DNA of 64,000 nucleotides from Octopus vulgaris (GCA_951406725.2 OX597827.1:59892001-59956000); one strand, 5' to 3'. Counted from the stretch's first letter, positions 13,865-27,224 are shown. The notes: generated by a model not told the origin, from the sequence alone. Made by a program: numbers and translations.

Positions 13865-14700
13865 CTACCATCGCTCTCACCCCGAACCACCACCACCACC
13901 ACCACATCTCTACAACCACTGTCGCTATCACCACCATTATCACTATCATCAAAAGCATCAGAACCACCACTACCATTACTGCTGCCACTACCTCCATCAC
14001 TATCATCAACACTACCACCACCACCACTACGATCACTACCATGAGCCTTACCACTACCACCATCATTACTACCATCAACACCGTCGCCACCATCACTGCC
14101 ATCAATACCACTACCACCATCACTACCACCACAACCGTTAACACCACCACCTAAACAACACCACTACCGCAACCACCACTACCGCAACCACCACTACCGC
14201 AACCACCACTACCGCAACCACCACTTCCATCACTACCATCAACACAACCACCAATACCACTACCACTACGATCAACACCGCCATCACTACCATGACTATC
14301 GTCAACATTGCCACTACCACCATCATTGCTACCATCAACGCCGCCACCACCATCACTACCACCACAACTGCCAACACCACCACAACCGTCAACACCACCA
14401 CCGCAACAACTACCGCCGCAACCACCACCCCCGCAGTCACCACCACCGCAACCATTACCACCGCAACCACCATCACCACTTAACTACCACCACCACCACA
14501 ACCACCACCACTGCCACCACTTCCATCACTACCATCAACACTACCACCACCACCACAACCGCCAACACCACTACCATTACCTACACTACCACTACCACCA
14601 TTACTACTACCATCAACGCCACCACCACCATTACTACCGTTATCACCACCACCACTTCCATCATCAACACCACCACCGCCACTACAACCACCGTCACTAG
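13865..14700. repeat. Degenerate (CAC/ACC)n trinucleotide field
   Basis: Poly-Thr, poly-His and poly-Pro in the three frames. Similar fields at 47600-47940 and 63170-63770. Confidence 0.9.
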
Positions 14701-15395
14701 TTACCGCACATCACAAATAAACACCATAAACAAACCTTTAAAAAGATGACAACCACCTCACCCATCCACCCACTTTATTAATCTATTTATCTATTCATTT
14801 ATTTACTTTTTTTTCTCTTTTCTGCAATTTCTTGGTTTCAAGTAACCTGGGTAGCGTTTTGCCAAAACTATAAGGGGTGAGCCACCCGCCTGGATCATCG
14901 TTACACCTTGGAAAGGTTTTTGTTTTCATCTTAAGGGTGGCGGGTTGGGTTTGCACTGGTTTTTTGTATCTAGATTCAGTTTCATTGCGTGCGTTTAGAC
15001 GAGCGACCTTGGGAAAAATGAAGACCTCTAGATGGTCGCTGGCGTGCAAAAAATAGCAGCCAAGTTCTTTCTGAAATCACACCCTGCAGTCTTAGAAAAA
15101 CAAAGACATTGGATAATAAAGTTGTCTTGGGTTCATTTCATTCATTTCTTTTCTTTCTTTCTTTTTTCTTTTACCTCTTTTGGTTATTGTATTGAGGCAT
15201 TGCGGCCATGCTGGGCACCGCCTTGAAGGGCTTTGGTTAAACAGATTGATCCCAGTAGCTTATTTTTAATTTTTAATGATTTGTATTTATTCTATCGTTC
15301 ACCATAGCCGATCCGCTAAGTTACAGGAGGACGTAAACAAACCAAAACCGGTTTGGGGCCGACGAACACAGACGCAAAGACATATATATATATAT

Positions 15396-15728
15396 GAAAC
15401 CCCCTTCGGTCACGACACAGACGATGAGATTGCACCTAGAAAGATACCCTTCCAGGCACAAGTCCGGGCAAGATTGTTTATGGAAGACCAGCAGTCGCCC
15501 ATGCATAACGGCTTCCCCTCTCCACGCCACCAGTGTTACCCAAGGGAAAGGCAAAGGGGCCGATACAGCTTGGCACCACTGACGTCGCAACTCATTTCTA
15601 CAGCTGAGTGAACTGGAGCAACGTGAAAAAAGTGTCTTGCTCAAGAACACAACACGCAGCCCGGTCCGGGATTCGAGCTCACAACCGCACGATCGTAAGC
15701 TCGATGCTCTAGCCATTGAGCCATGCGC
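15396..15728 (-). mobile_element. SINE family B
   Basis: Reverse complement of 10625-10948. Confidence 0.9.
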
Positions 15729-15730
15729 CT

Positions 15731-15906
<176 letters not shown>

Positions 15907-16041
15907 TGTATTTATGTATATATATATTATATAATATAATATAATATTATATCATATTATATTATATATATCATACATATACATTTTTGTGTGGTAAGAA
16001 GCTTGCTTCCCAACCACATGGTTCCAGGTTCAGTCCCACTA

Positions 16042-16290
16042 CCGAACGACCTGCACAAACGATTTGTTTTTTGAGATTAAATGTTCATGCCGCACATTAG
16101 TTCACTCCTTCCATCAAAGCGAGTTACCTGAACAGGTGTACGATGTGCCACGCGTCAGGTGTCGAAATGATCGCAAAGCAACGTGAGATGAAGTGCTTTG
16201 CTCAAGCACACAACGCACCACTGGGTCTATGATCTGAAATCACGATCGCTGGATCGCGAGTACAACATTCTAACCACTAGGCCATGCGCT
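16042..16290 (-). mobile_element. tRNA-derived SINE (another family)
   Basis: Minus strand starts gcgcatggcctagtggttag (A box) and shares gttgtgtgcttgagcaa..cac with family B, then diverges. Confidence 0.7.
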
Positions 16291-16387
16291 CTCACCCACC
16301 ACCACATATATATACACGAGTAAGTACATAAATGCGAAACAAAGTGGAAAAAATAGTACTCGAAGCCGGAAGTAGAGTGATATGCTC

Positions 16388-16548
16388 CTTTTTTATAATT
16401 ATTAAAGCTGCAAAGCATCACAGAAAAACTGCTCCTCAGAGTTTCACGTTCCCGTTCGTCGGGCAGTAGTGTGCCTGACGAACGGTGACGTGAAACTCTG
16501 AGTAGCAATTTTTTGTGATGTGTTTGCAGCTTTAATAATAAAAAGGTA
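16388..16548. mobile_element. Fold-back element with canonical hammerhead
   Basis: Inverted arms 16388-16465 and 16472-16548. Confidence 0.75.
16472..16507 (+). ncRNA. Minimal type I hammerhead ribozyme motif
   Basis: tgc CTGACGA acg gtga cgt GAAAC tctga GTA gca: complete core, stems I-III and GUA cleavage triplet. Confidence 0.8.
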
Positions 16549-16635
16549 TATATATATTATACACACACACACACATATATATATATACATATATATGTAT
16601 GTATTTATACATATATATACATATATATGTATGTA

Positions 16636-16697
<62 letters not shown>

Positions 16698-17317
16698 CAT
16701 ACATACATACATACATACACACACACACATACACATATACATATGCATATACATATTAGGCTTCCACAGTTTTCATCAGTGAAATTCACCCACAAGGCAT
16801 TGGTTGTCTCGGAACTATAGTATAAGACATTTACCTAATTTGCTGTGCTGTGGGATTGAACCTAAACCTCACGGATGGAATGTCTTTAACAGTAGGGGTA
16901 GTGTCCATTGGATGAGTGTTAATGTGGGATTATCCAATAGGAATAACAACAATGCTAACAAGCAGAAATTTATAAAAATAATAACGATAAAGGAAACCTC
17001 TACACCAGGGGTCACCAAGCTTTTTCTTATAGCGGGCCAGATAACTGAGGGAATAACGAGCGCGGGTCGCATAACCATTTTGTTCAATACACAAAAAATA
17101 AAGAAAAGCCAAATTATTTATTTACTAAAACGTTATCAAAGAAGGTGACGTGAGCAATAAGATAATTGTATCACACCCAGTGAGCTCATATCCGAATCTC
17201 ACAAACTAAATGGCCAAAAAGGTGAGATTCGGGAAACTGGCGTTTAGCTTTTAAGATATCTTCAATATTTGCTTTGGAATTGCTGCATCCAACCAAGAGA
17301 ATTGCTTAGAGCTAAAT

Positions 17318-17370
<53 letters not shown>

Positions 17371-17371
17371 T

Positions 17372-17620
17372 ATATATAAATCAATGGAACAAAAACGCAA
17401 TAGAGGGCATTAAAACGTCCGGACAGATAGACGACACAAAGGCGGACAAGAGAAACAACAATTAGGACAGGCAAAAATAAAAGACGGGTCATTCTTGGCT
17501 TTCTTACATCAGTCAAGTACCAGAAGTCACGACCATTTCGGACAGTTACACTTGAGATTGTTCGATCTGGTTGTCCCAACAAAAGTCTAAGCTAAGTGCA
17601 TAAGAACCCGTTGCAGTAAA
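17372..17620 (-). mobile_element. Structured repeat family S1, diverged copy
   Basis: Aligns with 26121-26390 and shows compensatory changes in predicted helices. Confidence 0.6.
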
Positions 17621-18120
17621 GCTAGCGGCAACAAAGACGAAGAAAAACAAACAAACAAACAAAAAACGGAGAACATGGTACACAAACAGGAACACAACAA
17701 GAAATAACAAAAGGCGTCTTTCGACTGAGAACGATTCAAATTGAGCTGGCGTGTGTGAAGTGATGGCATATGTTTTGCTGTACCTATAATTCAAAATGTA
17801 AAGATTTAAAAGCCTTGCCTAACAATGTTACGCTTATTCTACCTCGGAATGAGTACTCATAGCAGCGTAATAAGCAAACGCTCATAAAAGAAATTGCGAC
17901 GCAGATAATTCGGTCTATCGAACAACTGAATCCACATTTTTTTTTCTCTTTTTGTCTTTTGGGTTGGGTCCAGAAAATAATCAAGCGCCTCTCCTCGATT
18001 GACTTTCCGGTCACCTGACCGACGTACCGGTTAGAATCTTTGAAACACCCGCACCTCTTAAATAAGCTGTATGTGTGTGTATATATATATACATCCATAT
18101 GTATATACATATATATGTAT

Positions 18121-18176
<56 letters not shown>

Positions 18177-18184
18177 ACATATAC

Positions 18185-18268
<84 letters not shown>

Positions 18269-18521
18269 CGTCCAGATGACTGATGAGGTGGGTGGGACGG
18301 ATGTTGTGGGATTTTCTTTGACTATGGCCCTGTGTTTCCCCCTATAGGGCTGCATTTCTGATTATGAAGGATTGGGACCTAGTAGTGTGGTTTAGTACGA
18401 AGTTCTAGAGGGTGGGCTTGAATGACAGCAGTGGTGTGGTTGGTGATGGCAGTGATGATGGTAGTGTCGGCGGTGGCGACGGCGAGTACTGAAGACACAC
18501 AAACACAAGAAAACGGATACT

Positions 18522-18606
<85 letters not shown>

Positions 18607-18673
18607 GTATATATATATATATTTATATATATATATACATATATATATACGTATATATATATGTATATATATG

Positions 18674-18730
<57 letters not shown>

Positions 18731-18821
18731 ATATAGAGAGAGAGGTTCATATATATAAACAAACATATATACATACATATATTATAAGTAAACGCACACA
18801 CACGGGATCATCTGTCGGTGC

Positions 18822-18880
<59 letters not shown>

Positions 18881-19034
18881 ATATATATATATACGTCTAT
18901 ATCCTTATACGTATGTATACATGCAAGTGTATAAATATATATGTGTATTTATGTATATATAATATATGTATACACATACACACACACACACACAAATATA
19001 TATATGTATGTGTGTATGTATGTATGTATGTATG

Positions 19035-19068
<34 letters not shown>

Positions 19069-19762
19069 TGTATATACATATAGCTATCATAGCCGCTATG
19101 TGTATATACAATCGACGTGCTCGCCACGCCATAAAATTCTAAATGATGTTGTCAATCATCGTCTCTAGGTGGCGCTGACAGTATATGGAATGTCGTGATA
19201 AATTGTCAGACGAACGGGGAGTGTGCAGGGAGTATCTGATGATGGTGTGTTTATGTGATTTAGAGGGAATGAGTCGTTAAATGAACATTACCCACACACG
19301 CACGTTCCCATTATATACACTCACTCCTGCGCGCGCAGGCATGCACACACTGCCAGACACTTGTCATACATATGTGTTCGTTCAAAATATAAGTATATAC
19401 ATATACGCATAGACATACTCATACACGCACATCCATATATATACGTATATAGGTATACGTAGCAATGTATATACGCATGTATGTATATAGACATTAAATT
19501 TCCTCCCGCACCCTCGGGCTATATAGATATCGTTCTGATGAACTCACGCCATATTCCTCTTTTTGTTTTTAGTTTTTGTGGGTTCGTTGGAATTCCAGAG
19601 GCAGTCTTGCATTTTCTTACAATGGAACCGAAGCCTGAACTTCGCATAAACCTTACCAATGATGGGTCACTATTTAGATAGAGAATTTCACTTTCATATA
19701 TATATATATATATATATATAAGAATAGATAGATAGATAGATAGATATATAGATACATTGATT

Positions 19763-19841
<79 letters not shown>

Positions 19842-19842
19842 G

Positions 19843-19874
<32 letters not shown>

Positions 19875-19878
19875 TACG

Positions 19879-19965
<87 letters not shown>

Positions 19966-19966
<1 letters not shown>

Positions 19967-20290
19967 TGCTTCTTTATTAACCACACAGGGCTGAAAACAG
20001 GGTGGACAAATTACAATGTAGAGATTTCTTTTGGGGGAGAAAAAAGGAAGAAAAGAAAAAGAAAAGTTAAAAAGGGGGTGGTTTTTCGATCAAAAGGGAT
20101 CGTAAAAAGAGAGAAAAAAACGATCAATAGGAGTCGTGTAAGGCTTATCCGTAGAAAGAAAAGCCTACGGAAAAGTCCACGGTAACCTCGGTCAATAATG
20201 TCACATGTTAACACATTTATTTGCAAGAAAGTAACTCTCTGTTTTAAGTTTTTCCGGGTTCATAGGATTATGCTCAAAGTGGCTTCGCCA
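19966..20290 (-). mobile_element. 3' end (ORF terminus and 3' UTR) of a probable LINE inserted in (GATA)n
   Basis: Minus strand reads ..EATLSIIL* then a pyrimidine-rich UTR ending ttgtccaccctgttttcagccctgtgtggttaataaagaa, similar to the SINE A tail. (GATA)n on both sides. Confidence 0.55.
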
Positions 20291-20298
20291 GATAGATG

Positions 20299-20362
<64 letters not shown>

Positions 20363-20630
20363 CATACATACATACATACATACATACATACATACATACA
20401 TACATAGCAGACTTGAAAAATAAGTTACTGGAGTCAATTTGCTCGACTAAAACCCTCCTTGGTAGTGCTCCAGCGCTGCCACAGACCAATGGCTGAAACA
20501 AGGGAAAGACAAAGAATAAAAGGCCTCTGTTCCTAAAACCTTATGCGACTCAATCTCATTGATTTTTCTCTTTTTTTGTCTTCTTGATTTAAACTCAAAA
20601 CATTCATTTGAATATAATTAATTGACAAAC

Positions 20631-20940
20631 AGGCACTGGAGTGGTGGTGTGGTAAGAAGTTTGCTTCCCAACTACATGGTTCCGGGTTCAGTCTCATTGT
20701 GTGGTACTCTCGGGCAACTGTCTTCTGCCATAGCCTCGGGGTTTGGTAGACAGAAACTGAATGAAGCCCGTCGTATATATATATATATATATTGAGTGTA
20801 TCTGTGTTTGTCCCCCCCAACTATCGCTTGACAACCGATATTGGTGTGTTTACGTACCCGTAACTTGGCGGTTCGACTAAAGGCGGTGCTCCAGTATGGC
20901 TGCTGTCATTTAACTGAAACGAGTAAAAGAATGAAAGAAT
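20631..20940 (+). mobile_element. tRNA-derived SINE family C with internal microsatellite
   Basis: gtgtggtaagaagtttgcttcccaactacatggttccgggttcagtc head, internal (TA)n, tail ggcggtgctccagtatggctgc..actgaaac. Confidence 0.85.
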
Positions 20941-21018
20941 AAACTGTTGTTCTGACAAAGAATTATCCTATAGTGATGCATTGCAAGATGCAGAAACATC
21001 TGTCCATACACATGAAAT

Positions 21019-21368
21019 ATTCTTTTCTACTCTAGGCACAAGGCCCGAAATTTTTTTGGGGAAGGGGGCCAGTCGATTAGATCCACTCCAGTACGCAACT
21101 GGTATTTAATTTATCGACCCCGAAAGGATGAACGGCAAAGTCGATCTCGGCGGAATTTGAACTCAGAATGTAACGGCAGACGAAATACCTATTTCTTTAC
21201 TACCCTCAAGGGGCTAAACACAAACGGATTAAGTCGATTATATCGACCCCAGTGCGTAACTGGTACTTAATTTATCGACCCCGGAAGGATGAAAGGCAAA
21301 GTGAACCTCGGCGGAATTTGAACACAGAACATAACGGCAGTGTTAACGTTTCTGCCAGCTCGCTGCCT
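21019..21368 (-). mobile_element. Tandem or nested pair of SINE family A copies with two different tails
   Basis: The core ttatcgaccccgaaaggatgaa..gcggaatttgaac occurs twice. Confidence 0.85.
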
Positions 21369-21543
21369 TCGTACTTATGAAATATTGAATACATACAAAA
21401 ATTGTAACGTTTAGAATCTCTTGCTGAAAATTATTTGAAAAAAAAAAGATAATATCGCGAAATAATAATTTTTTACGCTTTCATCTCTGACGGCAGGAAT
21501 AGTTAAACTCATGATTAAGCTGCTTATTTGTTTGTGTGCGCGC

Positions 21544-21608
<65 letters not shown>

Positions 21609-21737
21609 GTGCACACACACACTGACGCATGTACACATACACATATACGTATCAAAACATATTGTTTTCTTTTGTCTTGGCTTAATTATTTCTGGTGACT
21701 TTAACTACTTAAGTTATATGTATATATATATATGTAT

Positions 21738-21813
<76 letters not shown>

Positions 21814-21850
21814 GTATGTATACATATCTTATAATAATAATAACAATAAC

Positions 21851-21898
<48 letters not shown>

Positions 21899-22308
21899 CC
21901 TTATGTCATGCTCTATATAGTCCAAAGTAAATACCCCTTATACTACAAATCTCTAATTAAGTTCCATTATACCAAGCACTTGCGCTGTCAGTTTAATTTA
22001 TCATTGCTATCATCATGACAACGATGATGATGATAACAATGATGATGGTAGTGATGGTGGCGGTGCTGGTGCTGGTGCTGATGATGGTCATGGTGGTGGG
22101 TGCTGGTGGCCGTAGTCGTCGAATTGTTTCTGTGCTTGGCGCTGGTGACACGATTTTGTAACTGTGTCGGTGAGAATCACACACACACACACAAACACAA
22201 ACACACTCATGGATAGATATATTTTACCATGTATGCAGACAACAGTCAGTGGAACACCGAGACACATGTACGCACGTACACATACACAATATTTTAAAAT
22301 ATATACAC

Positions 22309-22397
<89 letters not shown>

Positions 22398-22401
<4 letters not shown>

Positions 22402-22580
22402 TAATCAAAACGGGAAAACAGAAAAAACAACAACACGTGGAACAATTACAGTATTATTATTATTAGGCGCTCAGGAAAATGGAAGAAGGAGGGTATGACG
22501 TTTCGAGCGGAGCTCTTCGTCGGAAACATAGGAGAAAGAAAGATCCCGAGACGGGAGGACAGAGGAAAAAAAATTGCAGG
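22398..22580 (-). mobile_element. Hammerhead pLTR-like element, family H1
   Basis: Minus 22494-22530 reads gttt CCGACGA a gagc tcc gctc GAAAC GTC atac. Abuts (TA)n at 22397. Confidence 0.7.
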
Positions 22581-23379
22581 TAGTCTTCACGAGGTCACAT
22601 ACTAAAAAGACGAAAGTAGTAAAAAAGGAGGAAAATGTTTTTTAAAAACAGGAGAGCTGAATCAAAGAGGGAATGGTAAAAAAGGTGTGCGAGATGAGGG
22701 TGTGTGTGTGAGTGTGTGCGTGTGTGTGTATGCGTGTGTATGGTGGACAGTGGCTAGTAGCAGGCAGTAGTAGAATTAAAGCAGTGGTGTGGGGTACCCT
22801 AGCAAGTCAGAAAGGCAGATCAGAAACAGGGAGGTATGTGTGTGTGCGTGTGTATGTTTGTGTGAGTGTGTGCGTGTGCGTGTGTGTATGTGTGTGTGAG
22901 GCGAGATAAAAAAACAAAAAATATGTCAATGTTAGTGCGTGCAGGGCGAACGGATGACATAGCAAGTCTCGAGTGAGTGGTCAGTGGTAAAAAAAAAAAA
23001 GGGAGGAAGGAGGGAAGAAGGGAAGGAGGGAAAAGGTGGGGGCGTATGTAACGTGCCAGTGTGTGTGTTGAGTGGTAGTGTGTGTGCGTCCAGTGTGCGT
23101 AGTTGTGTGTATGGCAAGTAAATTTGAAGTGTGTGTAAGTGTAATGTATATATATATGCAAATGTGTGTGTGTGAGTGGGTGTGTGTATGTGTGTGTACA
23201 AAGAGGGGGGGTTTTAAGGGAAAAACTGCAGCGGAGAGGGGGGAAAGGGGAAGATGGAAGAGTGGTCCCGCGGCGACAGGCGTGGGAGAACCCAAAGACA
23301 CGCGCCGGCCCCAGATACGTACAGGAGATCTAGTCGGTCAACCACGAGCGTGGTGCATGCATGCGTGTATGCGTGCGCG

Positions 23380-24600
23380 AACGTGCACAAGCGTGTGTGT
23401 GCGCGCGCCTGCGAGTGTGTGTGTAAGTATGTATGTGTGTGGATGTGTGAGTGTGTCTGTGTGTAAGTCTGGGTGTCAGTGTGTCCGATGAATGTATGTA
23501 AGTATGTGTGTGTATATGTGTGTATATAGATGTATGTCCGTGTGTGTGTGTATGTGTATGAGTGTGTATGTATGTACGTGTGTGTGTGTGGAAGTGTGTG
23601 TATGTGCATGTGTGTGCGCGTACATGCAGGTGTGTGAGTGAGTGTGTGTGTGTGTATGTATGTGTGAGTGTGTATGTCTGTGTGTGTAGGATGCATGTAT
23701 ATGTATGTGTGTGTGTGTATGTATGTGTACGTGCGTGTGTGTGTGTATGCATGTATGCATGTATGCGTATGCATGTGCGTATGTGTGTGTGTGTGTGTGC
23801 ATGTGTGTAGGTATATATGTATGTGCGTATATGTGTGTGTATGTGCGTACATGTGTGTGTGTATGCATGTGTGTGTATGTAGGTGTGTAGGCGTGTGTGT
23901 ATAGGTGTATGTATGTAAGTATGTATGGGTGTGTCCGTGTATGTGTGTGTATGCATGTGTGTGTAGGTGTGTAGGCGTGTGTGTATAGGTGTATGTATGT
24001 ATGTATGTATGGGTGTGTCCGTGTGTGTTTGTGTGTGTGTGTATGCATGTGTATGTAGGTGTGTGTGTACGTATGTAATATATGTATGTATGCGTGTGTA
24101 TGCGTGTGTGTGTGTATGTAGGTGCGTATGTATATGTGTGGGAGTGTAGGTGTGTGTGTGCGTGTATGTGTTGGTGTGTGTGTATGTGAGTGTGAGTGTA
24201 TGGGTCTTTGTCATGCATGTGTGTGCGCGTACAGGCGAGTGTGTGTGTAAGTATGTGTGTGTGTATGTATGTGTGAGTGTGTATGTGTGTATGTCTGTGT
24301 GTATGTATGTGCGTATAGGAGTATGTAAGTATATGTGTGTGTATGTGTGTGGGTGTATGTATGTATGTATGTGTGTGTGTGTGCATGTGTGTAAGTATAT
24401 GTGTGTGTGCGTGTGTATGTGTATGTGTATGTGTGTGTGTTTATGTATGTGTGTATGTATGTGTGTAGGCGTGTGTGTATAGGTGTATGTATGTATGGGT
24501 GTGTGTCTGTGAGTGTTTGTGTGTGTGTGTAGGTATGTGTGTATGTATGAGTGAAGGTATGGCTGTGTAGGTGTGTGTGTGTATGAATGTAAGTGTGTGA
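23380..24600. repeat. Degenerate (TG)-rich array with internal duplications
   Basis: Recurring units such as gtaggcgtgtgtgtataggtgtatgtatg..atgggtgtgtccgtg. The His/Thr ORFs are artefacts. Confidence 0.9.
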
Positions 24601-24628
24601 GAGATAGATAGATAGATACATACATACA

Positions 24629-24661
<33 letters not shown>

Positions 24662-24773
24662 GTATACACAAACACACACATACACAAATACACATATATA
24701 CATAATATTTTACTCTACAGCATGGTAAAGACGACTAGTCTTGGATATACATATATATATATATATATGTGTA

Positions 24774-24824
<51 letters not shown>

Positions 24825-25635
24825 TATGATGTCTATGTGTGTGTTTGTACGTACGCTTACCATATGTATTTGTGTGTCAAGGAGCGGGTTGGCTGGTTGT
24901 GTGTGTGTGTGTGTGTGTGTGAATGAGTGAGTGTGTGTATGGGGGTGGGGGGGCTTATTTAGGTTACAACATTTTTTTCATTCATTCGTTTAAATTTCCA
25001 GAAGTAAATTCATAAGGCACCCGAGTAGAACGTAAAGGGTGTGTTTCTGTTCCTGTTATTGCAGCATACGAACTGGTTGACTGGCAACCGCAGATGGGTT
25101 CCATTATTTCCTTCTGCCACTAATTCCAGAATCTGAAAACTGCTGCAAGTGTATCCGAAATCTTTATTCATATTTATATTATTATTATATTCATATTCAT
25201 TATTTTGTATTGTTTTATACTGTTATCTATGAACAATATTGCTTTCTTACCTCGCCGCTATTGTATACGACCGTTTCAACATTAAGCAGGACAAAATAAG
25301 TATATACAATAACACATGCAAAATAACCTACACACATATGCATATGCGTATGTGTCCGTGTGTGAGTGTGTGTGCATGCATGTCTATATGTCTATATGTA
25401 TATCTCTGCGTGGCTAAGCGTGATGCTCTTGAATTTTCCTGTGAACATGGAGAGAGAAGTAATTATAGGTCGGCACTCGTGCTGAAATTTCAGACTTGAT
25501 GATGATGATTAGAATGAGGTCAAAGGTGATGTTGGAGAGTTTCATAATGAGATGATGATGACGGCGAAGACTGTAACGATGATTATAGGAAAGGCTTATG
25601 TCATATCTATATCTATCTATCTATCTATGTATCTG

Positions 25636-25697
<62 letters not shown>

Positions 25698-25698
<1 letters not shown>

Positions 25699-26088
25699 GT
25701 TTCAATCTCATTCTGAGATTTAATTATGCTTACTGTTCGTTTTTCGACATCAGTGGCAGACGCCATTAGAAAAACTTATATATGTTTGCAAAGAGGCCTT
25801 CACTTTCATCGCGACCTGGTGGTTACCGCCCGTTGACGAGGGACAACAATCCCGAAACTAGTTCGAGCGTATCCCTCAGGCTTGCGAGGAAGGGATGGCC
25901 TCCCTTTGCAAATACTCCAAGGACACTGATATTGTGTCTAAAGCCAGCTAGAGATGAAGATCTCTTGGGGCTATAAAGCTACAGTAACACCCCCTCCCCA
26001 ATGTGGTTAGCCATGATAAGATGGCTTCTATACTTTACATTATCGAGCGATTACTGTTTCAATCTCATTCTGAGATTTAATTATGCTA
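25698..26088 (+). mobile_element. Retrozyme-like 357-nt unit with 33-bp terminal redundancy
   Basis: ctgtttcaatctcattctgagatttaattatgct at 25698 and 26055. Hairpin-rich interior. Lies between (TATC)n and (TA)n. Confidence 0.75.
25827..25869 (+). ncRNA. Type I hammerhead ribozyme motif
   Basis: cgcccg TTGACGA ggga caacaa tccc GAAAC ta GTT cgagcg, with palindromic stem III AACTAGTT. Confidence 0.8.
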
Positions 26089-26120
26089 TATATATAAATA
26101 TATATATATATATATTATAT

Positions 26121-26390
26121 GTAGAAAAATACAAACTGGGACAAGAACGTAAAACATTTTGAAGACGATACAAAAAACACGGACGGGACATTCGAAGCCT
26201 TCAATCTTCAGTCAAGAACCGGATCATCCTCGCAATTTCGGCTGATTAATCTTGAGATCGCTCCGATCCGGCCCGCCCCAAGGAAAAACTAAGCTACGAG
26301 CATTAGATTTCTTGGAAAAAGGATCGAATGTATACGAAGCAAGGACAGAAAAACGGACGATGCCACACGAATATAAATACAAAAAACAAT
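26121..26390 (-). mobile_element. Structured repeat family S1, longest copy
   Basis: (TA)n on both sides. Predicted helices gggcggg/cccgtcc, ccggatc/gatccgg and tcaaga/tcttga. Confidence 0.7.
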
Positions 26391-26431
26391 ATATATATAT
26401 ATATATATATGATCTCTTGAGCACCAACAGC

Positions 26432-26630
26432 TAAAATATTTTTTCCTCTGTCTTCCCTTCTTGGGATCTTTCCTTCTCCTTGTTTCCGACGAAGAGCTCC
26501 GCTCGAAACGTTAAACCCTCCTTCCCTTCTTTCCTGAGCGTCAATAATACTTTAATTGTTCCACGTCCTCGCATTGCTGTGCTTTTTTTCTCTCTTTTTT
26601 TCTGTGTTTTCTTGTTTTGATTAACTTTAT
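26432..26630 (+). mobile_element. Hammerhead pLTR-like element, family H1
   Basis: 26482-26516 reads gttt CCGACGA a gagc tcc gctc GAAAC GTT aaac. Ends in (TA)n. Confidence 0.75.
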
Positions 26631-26736
26631 ATATATATATATTATATATATATATAAACAATTGCATCGTGGAAGGTGTTTACAAGCGGTTTAAAAACAC
26701 AAAAACTGTTAGATTCACTTCAACATTTAAATTTAA

Positions 26737-26787
26737 TTTGCCAAAATATTTTCGTCACTTTGAGACCGCTACCTGTTCACTGACAAA
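26737..26787 (-). ncRNA. Hammerhead motif, G3-C8 core variant
   Basis: Minus strand reads tttgtca GTGAACA g gtagc ggtctcaaa gtgac GAA aa ta tt T tggcaaa, with a 7-bp stem I. Confidence 0.7.
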
Positions 26788-27101
26788 ATTCCAGATGCAA
26801 GTACATCGTAATACACAGACACACACATACGCTCACACATACATGTATTTATATATATATACATACATACATACATACATACATACACACTTACACACAT
26901 ATATTGTGTATATATATATATATGTGAGGGGGGGTACATGTATGTGTGTATGTGTGTGTATCTTCAAATGAAATTTGCCGATGACATAATATATATTGTA
27001 GACAGTACAAATTACAAATAGTCTATTTTATTATGGCTTGAGTTTCACGTCACTGTGATCTTCTAGCGTGAACTAAAATCATGAAATTAAGTTAAAGCCC
27101 A

Positions 27102-27135
<34 letters not shown>

Positions 27136-27186
27136 TATGTATGGATAGATAGATAGACAGAATGAGACGGAGACGAAGCAGTGAGA

Positions 27187-27224
<38 letters not shown>

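Noticed and set aside
19530-19645. gtt CTGATGA ... GAAG cctg aac as a hammerhead
   Set aside because: GAAA and NUH are not satisfied and stem II is ambiguous.
23214-24703. 390-457 aa His/Thr-rich ORFs
   Set aside because: Degenerate (CA)n array that lacks stops by composition.
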